Of a stretch of 64,000 nucleotides of DNA, positions 1-10,462 are shown one piece after another. The translations under genes were made by a program, and so were the position numbers. Position 1 is the first letter of the stretch. Each line of letters opens with the position of its first letter. The stretch lies in the NCBI GenBank assembly GCA_963718615.1, contig OY970368.1, positions 4,320,001-4,384,000 on the forward strand, given 5' to 3'. Under the pieces are notes generated by a model. It saw only the letters and a list, made by a program, of their open reading frames with translations, was not told where the DNA came from and searched no databases. This DNA is from an uncultured cyanobacterium. Its GTDB lineage: Bacteria > Cyanobacteriota > Cyanobacteriia > PCC-9006 > JAAUQQ01.

Positions 1-175
1 TACAACTCCTCTTTGATTCTTGATAGCTTTGATGTCAACTGGTTAGGAGTCAATTAAGCTTCAATCCTTCGATCTTTTAAAAAAGACTTCTGAAAGTGAG
101 AATCTATAGGATGGGCACTCCTCTGGAGGTTGGCAAAGCCAATACGCCCATCTTTTTGCTGCGTGGAGAACGACC

Positions 176-514
176 ATGAATGTATTTGGCATTGGTTTGC
201 CCGAAATGGCCATTATCCTGGTCCTGGCCTTGCTGATTTTTGGCCCCAAAAAATTGCCCGAAATCGGTCGGAGCCTGGGGAAGGCCTTGAAGGGATTCCA
301 GGAAGCCTCGCGGGAGTTTGAGGCGGAATTGAAGAAGGAAGCTGAGGCGATCGAGCAGGTGGCGAAGACGACGATGGAAGCTACGCTGGAGCAAAAAGAC
401 ACCTCGCTCAAAAAAGACACCTCACCCAAATCTGAACCCCAAGCCCTGTCGGCAGCGGACGATGCTTCCAATCCCGTAGTAGACGTTGTCAGCGACACCA
501 ACACGGCATCTTAA
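176..514 (+). CDS. tatA: Twin-arginine translocase TatA/E subunit
   Basis: N-terminal FGIGLPEMAIILVLALLIFGPKKLPEIGRSLGK signature. Confidence 0.93.
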   Translation: MNVFGIGLPEMAIILVLALLIFGPKKLPEIGRSLGKALKGFQEASREFEAELKKEAEAIEQVAKTTMEATLEQKDTSLKKDTSPKSEPQALSAADDASNPVVDVVSDTNTAS

Positions 515-582
515 TGATTTCGATCCCATTGCCCTGACCCTATTGCCCTGACCCCATTAGTTTGACCCAACCGTTTTGACCG

Positions 583-1218
583 ATGGCAGAGATCGCACTG
601 ATTAAACCCCAGCTCATCGTGGGGTTAGGAAACCCTGGCGCAAAATATGAGGGCACCCGCCATAACGTTGGCTTTGATGTGATTGATGCTCTGAGCCGCC
701 GCTGGTTGATTGATCTAGCCAAAACGCAAAAATTTCAGGGGATCTTTGGTGAAGGCCCGGTGCGCAGCTTTGGCAAATTGCGGCTGCTGAAGCCCACCAC
801 CTACATGAATCTCTCAGGACAGTCCATTCGGGCGGTTCTGGATTGGTATAAGCTCTCTCCCCAGTCCGTTTTGGTGGTCTATGACGAGATGGATTTGCCG
901 ACGGGGCGGCTGCGGCTGCGGCTGTCGGGCTCGGCGGGGGGCCACAACGGCATGAAGTCTGCGATCGCCCACCTCGGCACCCAAGCGTTTCCTCGACTGC
1001 GGGTTGGGATCGGCGCACCCAAGGGCACGAGTAATCATGGGTCGGGCGATCGCCACGACGAAACCATCTCCCATGTCCTGGGTCGGTTTGCCCCCAGCGA
1101 GAAGACCCAGATGGCAGAGGTGATCGAGCTCGTGACCGAAGCTATTGAGCTCAGTTTGGTCGAAGGGGTCGAAAAAGCTATGAGTCTTTACAACAACCGA
1201 GAGGTTGTGGGACGTTAG
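583..1218 (+). CDS. pth: Peptidyl-tRNA hydrolase
   Basis: LIVGLGNPG..YEGTRHNVGF, LLKPTTYMNLSG, GSAGGHNGMKS motifs. Confidence 0.97.
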   Translation: MAEIALIKPQLIVGLGNPGAKYEGTRHNVGFDVIDALSRRWLIDLAKTQKFQGIFGEGPVRSFGKLRLLKPTTYMNLSGQSIRAVLDWYKLSPQSVLVVYDEMDLPTGRLRLRLSGSAGGHNGMKSAIAHLGTQAFPRLRVGIGAPKGTSNHGSGDRHDETISHVLGRFAPSEKTQMAEVIELVTEAIELSLVEGVEKAMSLYNNREVVGR

Positions 1219-1266
1219 GACGTAATAACCAGCCACGTTCTCTGATTCCGGCTGCTTTTCCTGCGG

Positions 1267-1527
1267 ATGTCTTCTCATCTCCCGGCTACAACCGCCCATG
1301 TGCGCATCACCCGTCAGAGCTGGCAGGAAGGTCTGCTCGAAGGGGAGGTCGCGGCCAGCCAGTTTCAGTGGCGATTTCGATGGTATTTCACCCATGGCAA
1401 GTTAGTGCTGGAGCCTTCCCTGGGGCGCACCCTGATCAAGGATGCCCTCAATCGTTTTTTGGTTCAGCGAGATTATCAGCTTGAACCGGGGGGGGATTAT
1501 TGCTTCACGGTGCGAAGTCGTTTTTAG
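1267..1527 (+). CDS. DUF3146 family cyanobacterial protein
   Basis: LPATTAHVRITRQSW...LEPGGDY pattern; usual position after pth. Confidence 0.8.
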   Translation: MSSHLPATTAHVRITRQSWQEGLLEGEVAASQFQWRFRWYFTHGKLVLEPSLGRTLIKDALNRFLVQRDYQLEPGGDYCFTVRSRF

Positions 1528-1996
1528 GTTTGTTAGCAGGTTTGTTAGCAAAAGTTAAATAGCGCTCCACCAGCAGAATCGCCACGATGTCATCCACCGG
1601 ACGCGGCGGCTGGCGTAAGCCTGGGGGCAAAAGTCGCTGGAGTCCCTGAGGGGGATACATTTGCCAGTAGCGATCGCGGGCTTCCAAGGTCGTATTGCGT
1701 TCGTCCACGGGAAAAATTAGCACATCGGGCGGTAGCTCAGCCCGCAGTCGGGCCTGCCATTGCTTGGAGGTGGTTTGGTTGCCGATGATCAGACCTTGGA
1801 TGGTGTAGGAATCGAGGAGGGTGAGGAGTAGGGCGATCGCCGCCTGGGAAGCAACCACCTCATGGTGCAACACCGTCCCCTGCTCTATCCCCTGCTCTAT
1901 CCCCTGGCGAACCACTGCAACGCCGCATTTATCCCGACCGGGATCAAATCCAATCCAGCAGATATCCATGCCTGTATTCCGCTTAGAACTCCTCAT
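1505..1996 (-). CDS. YqgF/RuvX-like RNase H-fold nuclease
   Basis: GFDPGRDKCGVA, VDERNTT, VDDIVA motifs; coupled to the upstream DUF3084 gene. Confidence 0.85.
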   Translation of the reverse strand: MRSSKRNTGMDICWIGFDPGRDKCGVAVVRQGIEQGIEQGTVLHHEVVASQAAIALLLTLLDSYTIQGLIIGNQTTSKQWQARLRAELPPDVLIFPVDERNTTLEARDRYWQMYPPQGLQRLLPPGLRQPPRPVDDIVAILLVERYLTFANKPANKPKNDFAP

Positions 1997-3471
1997 TCGT
2001 CATTTTCGTCCTCGGCAGTGCTAAACAGGGTTTCCCCATTGCGTAAGGCCACCAGCTCAATCCGTAGGGGACCCGCCGGATAAATTGGGGCAGCGGTGAC
2101 CGCTTGCAAACTGAGAAAACTATTGGCCTTTTGGATTTTTTCGTAAAACTGGACCAGGCTGGCAACACTATCATTGCCAATAATCGGTCGTTCGGAAATC
2201 AGGCCCGCCCGCTGGGCTCGAAACTGCGAGGCTTCCACGAGTAGACTAATCCGCTCCTGAATTTGCGCGGCATCCATGGTGTCTGGGGTGACGGAGGTTG
2301 TCGCCAAAATCGAGCCCTTTTCAAAGATGACCTGATTGGGAACCACATCGGTGAACACCAAAATCTTTTCCTCGCCGCTCACATAGTTACCTGCGGACAA
2401 AATTCGCACCACGTATTCCCGTCCATCCTCAATTTCACGGCGCAGACGCTCGACTTCGGCCTGGGTAATTTGGATCGTCGGGACCTTGGTTTCGTTGATG
2501 CCGGGTCGAATCACTTCCAAGGCCCGTTTGTTGGCTTCTTGCAGCAGCAAATTAATCGCCTGCTCAGATGCACTCGGCACGAGCACTCGCACAATGCGGA
2601 CGGCGAGGACTTCGTTGCGGGTAATGACGACGCTGCCCTGGCGAATCTGTAAGAGCTCTTTCTCTCGCTGACGAATGGCATCATCCAGAAAGCGCTGCGT
2701 ATCTTCTAGCTCCTGGAGACGGCGTTCGCCCTCGGCCACCACCTGCCGCTGGGCCGCAATGCGCTGATCCCGTTCGGAAATTTCGGTTTGCTGCTGTTGG
2801 ATATTGGCATCCTGACGGCGCAGACGCTCTTCCTGCTGGCGGATTTGGCCGGTTTGTTGTCCTAGCTGCTCCTCCTGCTGGGCAATGTCTCGATCGCGCG
2901 CTGCAATATCCTGATTCCGTCGCTGAATCTGCGCAATCACCCCATCCCGCTGACGAATCAAAGCCTGCTGCTCCTGCTGAAGTCGTTGGGCTTCATTGCG
3001 GAGGGCGATCGCCCGCTCCGCCACCGCACTCAACTGAGCCTGGGTTTGTTGCTGTTTCTTGAGGGATTCATCCAGGCTTTTCCGCGTTTCGGTCAACCGC
3101 TTTTCCGCCGTCACCTGTTCTGAGCGCGCCTGATCCCGTTCTTTCTCGACCGTTTGGCGCTCGGTGCGGGTCTGCTCCAGTTCACCCTTCGTGACCTCTA
3201 GTTCACCCCGAGCCTTTCTCAGTTTTTTCTCAATCGATCCGAGTTCAAAAACGCCCCGGCGCAACTGTTCGCTAGAGGCAAAAAGAATGCCTAGGGTTGT
3301 AGCCGAAATGACGCCCCCCGTCAAAATCGTAATTGCCACAGCTGTCTTGCGTGGTCGCATGCCCCAGAGGCTTAACCGCGCTTTGCCGACCTTTGTTCCG
3401 AGACGATCGCCAATGGTTGCGATCGCACCTCCCAGCAGCAGAATTGCCAACACCAAGATATAGCCAGCCAT
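1993..3471 (-). CDS. DUF3084 coiled-coil membrane protein
   Basis: N-terminal TM with GDRLGTKVGKARLSLWGMRPRKTA, long coiled coil; conserved neighbour of ntcA. Confidence 0.88.
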   Translation of the reverse strand: MAGYILVLAILLLGGAIATIGDRLGTKVGKARLSLWGMRPRKTAVAITILTGGVISATTLGILFASSEQLRRGVFELGSIEKKLRKARGELEVTKGELEQTRTERQTVEKERDQARSEQVTAEKRLTETRKSLDESLKKQQQTQAQLSAVAERAIALRNEAQRLQQEQQALIRQRDGVIAQIQRRNQDIAARDRDIAQQEEQLGQQTGQIRQQEERLRRQDANIQQQQTEISERDQRIAAQRQVVAEGERRLQELEDTQRFLDDAIRQREKELLQIRQGSVVITRNEVLAVRIVRVLVPSASEQAINLLLQEANKRALEVIRPGINETKVPTIQITQAEVERLRREIEDGREYVVRILSAGNYVSGEEKILVFTDVVPNQVIFEKGSILATTSVTPDTMDAAQIQERISLLVEASQFRAQRAGLISERPIIGNDSVASLVQFYEKIQKANSFLSLQAVTAAPIYPAGPLRIELVALRNGETLFSTAEDENDE

Positions 3472-3613
3472 AGATCCTGCTGCGACAACGCCTCACCCAC
3501 GGATTTTTAGGACTATTTAACCCCAAACCGTGATCAACCCTACCATTTTAGAGAACCGATCCTCCGAGTTACGAGCCTTTCCGAGTGCAGCACCTTGCCG
3601 GTAGCCGACGGGA

Positions 3614-4300
3614 CTAGACAAATTGCTGGCTGAGGGCGACGGGATTGTGAACGGTAATTTTTTTCTTATGGATCGAAATCATTTTGTCTTGGCGCAGATC
3701 ACCCAGCAGGCGAGTAATGGTCACGCGGGTGGACCCAATGGCTTCGGCGATCGCCTGGTGAGAAAGTTTCAGATCGATCGTAATGCCCTCAGGACTGGGA
3801 ATCCCAAAGTCCCGACAGAGAATCAGCAAAAAGCTCACCAACCGTGATCCCATGTCTCGATGGGCCAGGGTTTCAATCATCATTTCCGTTTGCAGGATGC
3901 GTGAAGAGAGCCCCTGCAACATCAACATCGCCAGTTCTGGATTGCTTTTGAGCGCCCCTTCCACCTGTTCAATGGGTAACGACAGCAGCTCAACCGGCGT
4001 AAAGGCAACCGAATGGTAGAAACGGTCCGAGCGTTGTCCTGTGGCTAAGGATAAAACGCCAAAAACGCTGTTTTCTTTTAACAGCGCTACCGTAATTTCT
4101 TCGCCCGCCTCATAAACTCGCGAAAGCTTAACCGCGCCGCGCATCAAAAAATACACTCGCTCTGCGGGATCTCCGGGAAAGAAAATGGTTTTTCCCCGCT
4201 CAAATGTTTCTACAACCGGTGGAAATGAGTTACCGGCAATTTGACGAAAAAGGCTAGCTAAAGGCTTATCAGAGGGTGCAAACATTACTTCAGCATTCAT
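3614..4300 (-). CDS. ntcA: Global nitrogen regulator NtcA (CRP family); likely start ATG 4300
   Basis: [34 protein letters not shown] and [24 protein letters not shown]. Confidence 0.97.
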   Translation of the reverse strand: MNAEVMFAPSDKPLASLFRQIAGNSFPPVVETFERGKTIFFPGDPAERVYFLMRGAVKLSRVYEAGEEITVALLKENSVFGVLSLATGQRSDRFYHSVAFTPVELLSLPIEQVEGALKSNPELAMLMLQGLSSRILQTEMMIETLAHRDMGSRLVSFLLILCRDFGIPSPEGITIDLKLSHQAIAEAIGSTRVTITRLLGDLRQDKMISIHKKKITVHNPVALSQQFV

Positions 4301-4659
4301 TTTCACGCCACCAATTGCTTGCAATGCCCCGCAAAGCCATCGATTCGTGAGAGGTGATAAGGAACAGGCAAACAGAGCAACTATAGATGCTCTAGTCATT
4401 CACGCTATTATAAGCCGTTGTAAAGCCATTCATCTCTGAAATTCCCCCGGATTTACGGAAAAGTTTGTCAATCTTCCTTGCGCGTTGCGCATGGAAATCT
4501 CGCTTTTTTTCATAGGTTTGCAGGGTGAACCCTGATAAAGACTTCACAAAGATCTGGATAGCCCAAAGCCTCCCCCGGAACTTCCTGGGCCAGAGAAAGG
4601 GGAGCGCGTTGCTCTAAAATAGTTCTCCTGCATTCGAGAGGACCCACGCAGGACTCAAT

Positions 4660-5436
4660 ATGTTGGATCTAAAAGGGAAAAACGCGCTGGTGACCGGGAT
4701 CGCGAACAATCGTTCGATCGCCTGGGGAATTGCTCAACAGCTCCATGCAGCGGGGGCAAATTTAGGGATTACGTATTTACCGGATGATCGCGATCGCACA
4801 AAAGGCAAAGTCGAGGAGTTGACTGCGCCCCTATCTCCCTCCCTGTTTGTACCCTGTAATGTGCAGGACGATGCCCAGGTGGAGGAGATGTTTGGTGCGG
4901 TGAAAGAGAAATGGGGCAGGCTGGACATCTTGATCCACTGTCTGGCGTTTGCGGGCAAGGAGGAGCTGATTGGAGATTTCAGCAACACCAGTCGCGAGGG
5001 CTATGGCCGCGCCCTAGAAATTAGCTCGTTCTCGATGGTGCAGTTAGCCAAGGGAGCCAAGGCGCTGATGACCGAGGGTGGCAGCATTGTGACGCTGACC
5101 TACCTGGGGGGCGCGCGGGTGGTGCCCAACTACAACGTCATGGGGGTGGCCAAGGCCGCCCTAGAAATGGAAGTGCGCTATCTGGCGGCAGAAATGGGTC
5201 CCCAAAAGATTCGGGTAAATGCGATTTCCGCAGGGCCGATTCGGACGTTGGCGTCTTCGGCGATCGGCGGCATTTTGGACATGATTCACCACGTTGAAGA
5301 AATTGCGCCCCTGCGTCGGACCGTAACCCAAACCGAAGTGGGCAACGCCACCGCGTTTTTGTGTAGCGATTTGGCCAGTGGCGTCACCGGACAGGTGTTG
5401 TACGTCGATTCCGGCTACTCCATCATGGGAATGTAA
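4660..5436 (+). CDS. fabI: Enoyl-ACP reductase FabI
   Basis: GIANNRSIAWGIA, YNVMGVAKAALE, NAISAGPIRTLAS. Confidence 0.97.
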   Translation: MLDLKGKNALVTGIANNRSIAWGIAQQLHAAGANLGITYLPDDRDRTKGKVEELTAPLSPSLFVPCNVQDDAQVEEMFGAVKEKWGRLDILIHCLAFAGKEELIGDFSNTSREGYGRALEISSFSMVQLAKGAKALMTEGGSIVTLTYLGGARVVPNYNVMGVAKAALEMEVRYLAAEMGPQKIRVNAISAGPIRTLASSAIGGILDMIHHVEEIAPLRRTVTQTEVGNATAFLCSDLASGVTGQVLYVDSGYSIMGM

Positions 5437-5463
5437 CGCCCCTCTTTCACCCTAATCAAAACC

Positions 5464-6114
5464 ATGCAACTGTCAGATCGACCCGTTACCCAAAGTTCCA
5501 GTCATTCCAGCCCCGCCCACTTGCCGGACCGCACCGCCAGCGTTCAACGCAAAACCGGTGAAACCGATGTGTCGGTTCGGATCAATCTCGATGGCACGGG
5601 GCAATGCGTTGCTGAGACCGGGATTCCGTTCCTCGACCACATGCTCCATCAGATTGCCTCCCATGGGCTGATCGACTTGGATGTGCGGGCAACGGGGGAT
5701 CTGCACATTGATGACCACCACACCAACGAAGATGTGGGGATTACGCTGGGGATGGCGTTTCATCAGGCCTTAGGCGATCGCAAAGGCATCGTCCGCTTTG
5801 GCCATTTTGTCGCCCCCTTAGATGAAGCGCTAATCCAAGTCGCCCTGGACTTTTCCGGACGGCCCCACCTCAGCTATAGCCTAGAAATTCCCACCCAGCA
5901 GGTTGGCACCTACGATACCCAGCTCGTCCGGGAGTTTTTTGTGGCGATCGTCAACCATAGCCAGATGACGCTGCATCTTCGGCAGCTCGATGGTATTAAC
6001 TCCCATCACATTATTGAGGCTACGTTTAAGGCCTTTGCGCGATCGCTGCGGATGGCGACGGCGATGGATCCCCGGCGGGCCGGTGAAATTCCGAGCTCCA
6101 AAGGGGTGATTTGA
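5464..6114 (+). CDS. hisB: Imidazoleglycerol-phosphate dehydratase
   Basis: [29 protein letters not shown]. Confidence 0.97.
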   Translation: MQLSDRPVTQSSSHSSPAHLPDRTASVQRKTGETDVSVRINLDGTGQCVAETGIPFLDHMLHQIASHGLIDLDVRATGDLHIDDHHTNEDVGITLGMAFHQALGDRKGIVRFGHFVAPLDEALIQVALDFSGRPHLSYSLEIPTQQVGTYDTQLVREFFVAIVNHSQMTLHLRQLDGINSHHIIEATFKAFARSLRMATAMDPRRAGEIPSSKGVI

Positions 6115-6697
6115 GGGAGGCCAACAGGGGCGAGGCGTCGAGGTCGTGGGCCAGGGCGCAGGCCAGTGGTGTGTTGCCGTAGTAGTCGCGGGCGCTGAGG
6201 GTGGCTCCGGCTTCGAGCAGCAGCAAGGCCACGGCGGTATGTCCCGCATTCGCCGCGATCATCAGTGGCGTTTGGCCATCGCGATCGGTGATGTTGGCGT
6301 CGGCTCCGGCCTGGAGGAGTTGCTGGGCGATCGCCGTTCGCCCATAGCAGGCGGCATACATTAGCGGCGACCAGCCTTGACGGCGGGAATCCCACTGGCG
6401 ATCGGTTAGATTGAGCTCCGCCCCAGCATCGATCAGGCGCTGCACCACGTCTGGATAGTTGCCCATGACGGCGGCATGGAGCGCGCTGCCACCGGGAAAG
6501 ACGAGATTAATCGGAGCCCCAATCTCAATCAGAGCCTCCACCACCGCACTGTGGCCCCGAGCGGCAGCCAGCATCAGCGCTTCGGCAGATTCTTCGTCTT
6601 GGGGAGGAGCCTGGTAGGATACGGGCTCTGTTGTTTGCAGTAATTGATACACCCGTAGGGCATCCCCTTCCATCGCTGCGATCCGAAGTTTTGACAT
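6026..6697 (-). CDS. Ankyrin-repeat protein (start uncertain: 6697 or 6736)
   Basis: About five ankyrin repeats ([36 protein letters not shown]). Confidence 0.85.
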   Translation of the reverse strand: MSKLRIAAMEGDALRVYQLLQTTEPVSYQAPPQDEESAEALMLAAARGHSAVVEALIEIGAPINLVFPGGSALHAAVMGNYPDVVQRLIDAGAELNLTDRQWDSRRQGWSPLMYAACYGRTAIAQQLLQAGADANITDRDGQTPLMIAANAGHTAVALLLLEAGATLSARDYYGNTPLACALAHDLDASPLLASLKSPLWSSEFHRPAGDPSPSPSAAIAQRP

Positions 6698-6877
6698 ATT
6701 TGTGGAAAACTTTAATCTCTCCCTTGGGTTAATCATGGCGAAACCCTGACGGAAAGCCTCCCGTGGGAATGCTGAATTTCTCAAGGGGGCGCTGAGCTCT
6801 ACCGATCGGGGGCCGGTGGAGCGGGAGGCGATCGCTATACTGGGGGGAAGTTGATATTTCTTAACACCCCAAAGCAC

Positions 6878-8302
6878 ATGCTCATCCCAGCCGGTGGCGT
6901 GGATCGTCTTAAGCAAACCCTGAAGAACAAACTGCTGTTTGGCAATGAGCCAACGCCTGAACTAATGGCGTTGCTGTTAATTTATTTTGTCCAAGGCATT
7001 TTAGGGCTGTCTCGCCTTGCAGTGAGCTTTTTTCTCAAGGATGATCTGGCCTTGAGCCCCGCCCAAACCTCCGCCCTGATGGGGGTGGCGGCGATTCCCT
7101 GGATGATCAAGCCCCTATTTGGTTTTTTGTCCGATGGGTTGCCGCTATTTGGTTATAATCGCCGTCCCTATCTGATTTTGTCGGGGATTTTGGGCGCTGC
7201 CGCTTGGATTGCCCTAGGTACCGTCGTACAGACGCCGCTGATGGCCACGATCGCCATTGGCTTTTGTTCACTCTCTGTCGCCATGAGTGATGTCATTGCT
7301 GATTCGGTGATTGTGGAACGGGCGCGGCAAGAGACGGGAGACGAGGCCGGGTCCCTGCAATCCCTGAGCTGGGGGGTGTCAGCGGTGGGGGGACTGATTA
7401 CGGCCTATTTGGGGGGGCTGTTGTTGCAGGAGTTGAGCACGCGATCGCTCTTCTTGATTACGGCCACATTTCCCCTGATTGTCTCCTCGGTGGCTTGGCT
7501 GATTGTTGAGCCCCGTCGACTCAACCAGGCGGGGTTTGCCCAGGTCCGGAAGCAGGTGGGTCAGCTCGGTCAAGCCCTGCGCCAGCGGGCCATCTGGATG
7601 CCAACGCTGTTTTTGTTTCTTTGGCAATGCACCCCCAATTCGGAATCGGCATTTTTCTTTTTTACAACCAATGAACTAGGATTCCAGCCGGAATTTCTGG
7701 GGCGTGTTCGCCTGGTGAGTAGTCTGGCCATGCTCTTGGGGGTTTGGCTGTTTCAGACTTTTTTCAAGGCCGTTCCGTTTCGGCGGATGTTTGGCTGGAT
7801 GATTGTGATTTCGTCACTCTTGGGCATGACTTCGCTCCTGCTGGTGACCCACACTAACCGCAGCTTGGGCATTAGCGATCAGTGGTTTAGCCTGGGCGAT
7901 AGTCTAGTCCTGGTTGTGGCGGGACAATTGGCGTTTATGCCGGTGCTGATTCTCGCGGCTCGGCTCTGTCCGCCAGGGGTGGAGGCGACGCTGTTTGCGC
8001 TGCTGATGTCGATTGTGAATTTGGGCGGTACCGTGAGCAATGAATTGGGGGCATTGCTGACCCATTTTCTGGGCGTGACTGAACGGGATTTCTCGAATTT
8101 AGCGCTGCTGGTCTTGCTGACGAATTTGAGTTCTCTGCTGCCATTGCCCCTGTTGGGTCTATTGCCGGATATCAATGCCCAAGGGCTACAGGTCGCCGAT
8201 CGCGCACTGCACCAAGCCCTGAATGAGACGCTCAATCCGCTTGAGGAGGGGGATATTGGGGCGATCGCCCCCCCTGAATCCAGCAAATTAGTCACTCGCT
8301 AA
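6878..8302 (+). CDS. Folate/biopterin (BT1/FBT) MFS transporter
   Basis: YFVQGILGLSRLAVSFFLKD, PWMIKPLFGFLSD, LCPPGVEATLFALLMS; many TM segments; ATG at 6878. Confidence 0.9.
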   Translation: MLIPAGGVDRLKQTLKNKLLFGNEPTPELMALLLIYFVQGILGLSRLAVSFFLKDDLALSPAQTSALMGVAAIPWMIKPLFGFLSDGLPLFGYNRRPYLILSGILGAAAWIALGTVVQTPLMATIAIGFCSLSVAMSDVIADSVIVERARQETGDEAGSLQSLSWGVSAVGGLITAYLGGLLLQELSTRSLFLITATFPLIVSSVAWLIVEPRRLNQAGFAQVRKQVGQLGQALRQRAIWMPTLFLFLWQCTPNSESAFFFFTTNELGFQPEFLGRVRLVSSLAMLLGVWLFQTFFKAVPFRRMFGWMIVISSLLGMTSLLLVTHTNRSLGISDQWFSLGDSLVLVVAGQLAFMPVLILAARLCPPGVEATLFALLMSIVNLGGTVSNELGALLTHFLGVTERDFSNLALLVLLTNLSSLLPLPLLGLLPDINAQGLQVADRALHQALNETLNPLEEGDIGAIAPPESSKLVTR

Positions 8303-10225
8303 TCAGTAATTCACTAATTTAACGCAGTTATGCCCCTGACGCTGGGCTTGGCTAAAGGCCTGTTCTGCCTTTTGCAGGATTGACATTCGTTCCTGCTCCG
8401 GCTGGGGAGTTGTACTTACGACACCAATACTTACGGTAATCACCTGGGCAGGCCAACCCAGATAGTTGGACGGATGGCGAATATCCAGCGCCTCCACCTG
8501 TTCTCGGATCTGATGGGCCAGGACCAAGGCTTGGTCAATTGTGCTGTCGGTCAATAACACCCAAAACTGTTCTGTACTATTCAAGCCCACACAACCGGCT
8601 CCTCGGTCCTGGACGATCGCCTGAATGGTCTGCGCCACCTGCTGACGGCAGGCTTCGCCCTGGACTTGGCCATGGGCTTCGACATAAACATGGAAAAAGT
8701 CAATGCCACAGAGCAAGAGGGCGATCGCCTGTCGAGACGGCTGAGCCGCCTGCCAAGCCTGTTCAAGCACCCCCTCAAAGGCTGCGCGGTTCATGACCTG
8801 GGTGGTGGGGTCAAGCTGATGCGATCGCTGCAACCCCTGCACTTGCTCTTCCAGATATTCCACACGTTTTTCCAGTCGTTCTATCAGGCTAAGTACATCG
8901 GGGGACAGGGCATTGGGTGAAGTCCTGGGGGGCTGGGTTTGTTGCAAGAGGTTGGCAAAAAACCGTTGATACAAAGGGCAAGCTGCATAGGCTAATCCCC
9001 CTTGAATTTTGATCAGCCCTACACTTTCGAGGGCATCCGCCGCCTCTCCCTCCAGCGGTACCCCTGCGCCCTCCGCCCGAACCACAGCCTGAATCGCTGG
9101 AGCCAAATGGGGATGGGTTTGAATAAACGACCAGTAGGCCCGCAGATGGGTGCCATAGAGGCCATTGCTCAACTCTGCCTGTTGCAGAATCTCCTCAATC
9201 ATCATGGCTTCGGTGGCCATGTGGTAGAGGGCGATCGCCATCAAATAGGGATGTCCCCCAATTAACGCCATGAGCCGCTCGGCTTGATTTCCCTGGCTCC
9301 AGTCCACCCCATAGCGCTGACTGAGCTGTTGAACCTGAGGCAGCGTCAACTCGGGCAGTTGTAATTCTAACCCCGCCATTAAAGACGACAGTGCCAAAGC
9401 CGACGATGACGATAAATCAATGGCATGGGTAACCACGACGCGCAGTTTCTGCCAGCTTTCCAATCGCTGGGCTTCCTCGTGCCAGCCCCGTAACAAGGGC
9501 AAAAACTCCCAGGCAATGTGGGCATGGCGCAACAACACATCTAGTCCCTGAATCACCAAAACAATGGGATTACGGCAGACTTCTAGAATTTCTCGCTGGA
9601 GATAGAACGTACAGTTTAACGAGCTCCCCATCCCGGCATCCCACGGCAGATGGAGGGGGTCCTCCGCAAGCTCTAGCTGATAGCTGATGGTGGCACAGAA
9701 CCAGCGCAGAAACGTTTCTCCCGTTTCAAAAATCACCGGTTCCACCTGCTGAAGATTGAGCATGATGGTTTGGTAGCCAAACTTTTTGGCCTCCCCCATC
9801 AGACGATAGAGCAGTGAAGTTTGGCCCATCTTACGCGTCGCCCGAATCCGCAGCAGACAGCCCGGCTGGCGAATCGCCTTGGCAGCTTTCTGTTCCAGCG
9901 GGGGCCGCTCAATGTACAGATGAGAGTTGACCCCTAGGGGACCCGACGGAAACTCTGGTGCGTTGGCCTGGGCGACTTGGTCGGCATTGAGCAGGAGCTG
10001 GAGATTTTTCTTGGTGACACGGGCACCCAGGGCCTCCGAAAGTGCTTGCCACAGACGGGAGCCCACCTCCCGTACATAAACACTGGCATATCCGGAAGTT
10101 TGCGCAATTTCACTGTAGGTTCGCCCAGCCCAGGAATGCTCCAGGATGAGTTGCTCGATGGGCTCTAATGGACGCCTCAGAATTTGTTCTGCCGCCCCTC
10201 GGATATCATTACCAGGCATATCCAA
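8303..10225 (-). CDS. wHTH + AAA_35-like (STAND) + degenerate GGDEF protein
   Basis: N-terminal TYSEIA..LWQALSEALG.VTKKN HTH; YIERPPLE, GGHPYL; C-terminal DPTTQVMNR...ITVSIGV...AQRQGHN GGDEF fold. Confidence 0.82.
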   Translation of the reverse strand: MDMPGNDIRGAAEQILRRPLEPIEQLILEHSWAGRTYSEIAQTSGYASVYVREVGSRLWQALSEALGARVTKKNLQLLLNADQVAQANAPEFPSGPLGVNSHLYIERPPLEQKAAKAIRQPGCLLRIRATRKMGQTSLLYRLMGEAKKFGYQTIMLNLQQVEPVIFETGETFLRWFCATISYQLELAEDPLHLPWDAGMGSSLNCTFYLQREILEVCRNPIVLVIQGLDVLLRHAHIAWEFLPLLRGWHEEAQRLESWQKLRVVVTHAIDLSSSSALALSSLMAGLELQLPELTLPQVQQLSQRYGVDWSQGNQAERLMALIGGHPYLMAIALYHMATEAMMIEEILQQAELSNGLYGTHLRAYWSFIQTHPHLAPAIQAVVRAEGAGVPLEGEAADALESVGLIKIQGGLAYAACPLYQRFFANLLQQTQPPRTSPNALSPDVLSLIERLEKRVEYLEEQVQGLQRSHQLDPTTQVMNRAAFEGVLEQAWQAAQPSRQAIALLLCGIDFFHVYVEAHGQVQGEACRQQVAQTIQAIVQDRGAGCVGLNSTEQFWVLLTDSTIDQALVLAHQIREQVEALDIRHPSNYLGWPAQVITVSIGVVSTTPQPEQERMSILQKAEQAFSQAQRQGHNCVKLVNY

Positions 10226-10462
10226 TTGCTACGTCTCCCTGAAACAGTAGAATTCGTCCATCCAATCCTTTAATCAAGGCTCAATCAAGGCTCAAAAACT
10301 GAATGGAAAGTTTGAGTCTAGAATCGAAGTACTAATCCTACGCATGTCCTGAGAGACTATGATCCCACGTTGAGAATTTCAATTGCCTAGAAAAATAGGG
10401 TATCCCCCTGTTGACAATTTTGATTTTCCAAAAGTGGAAAATCAGTCATTTTACGTAAGCCT

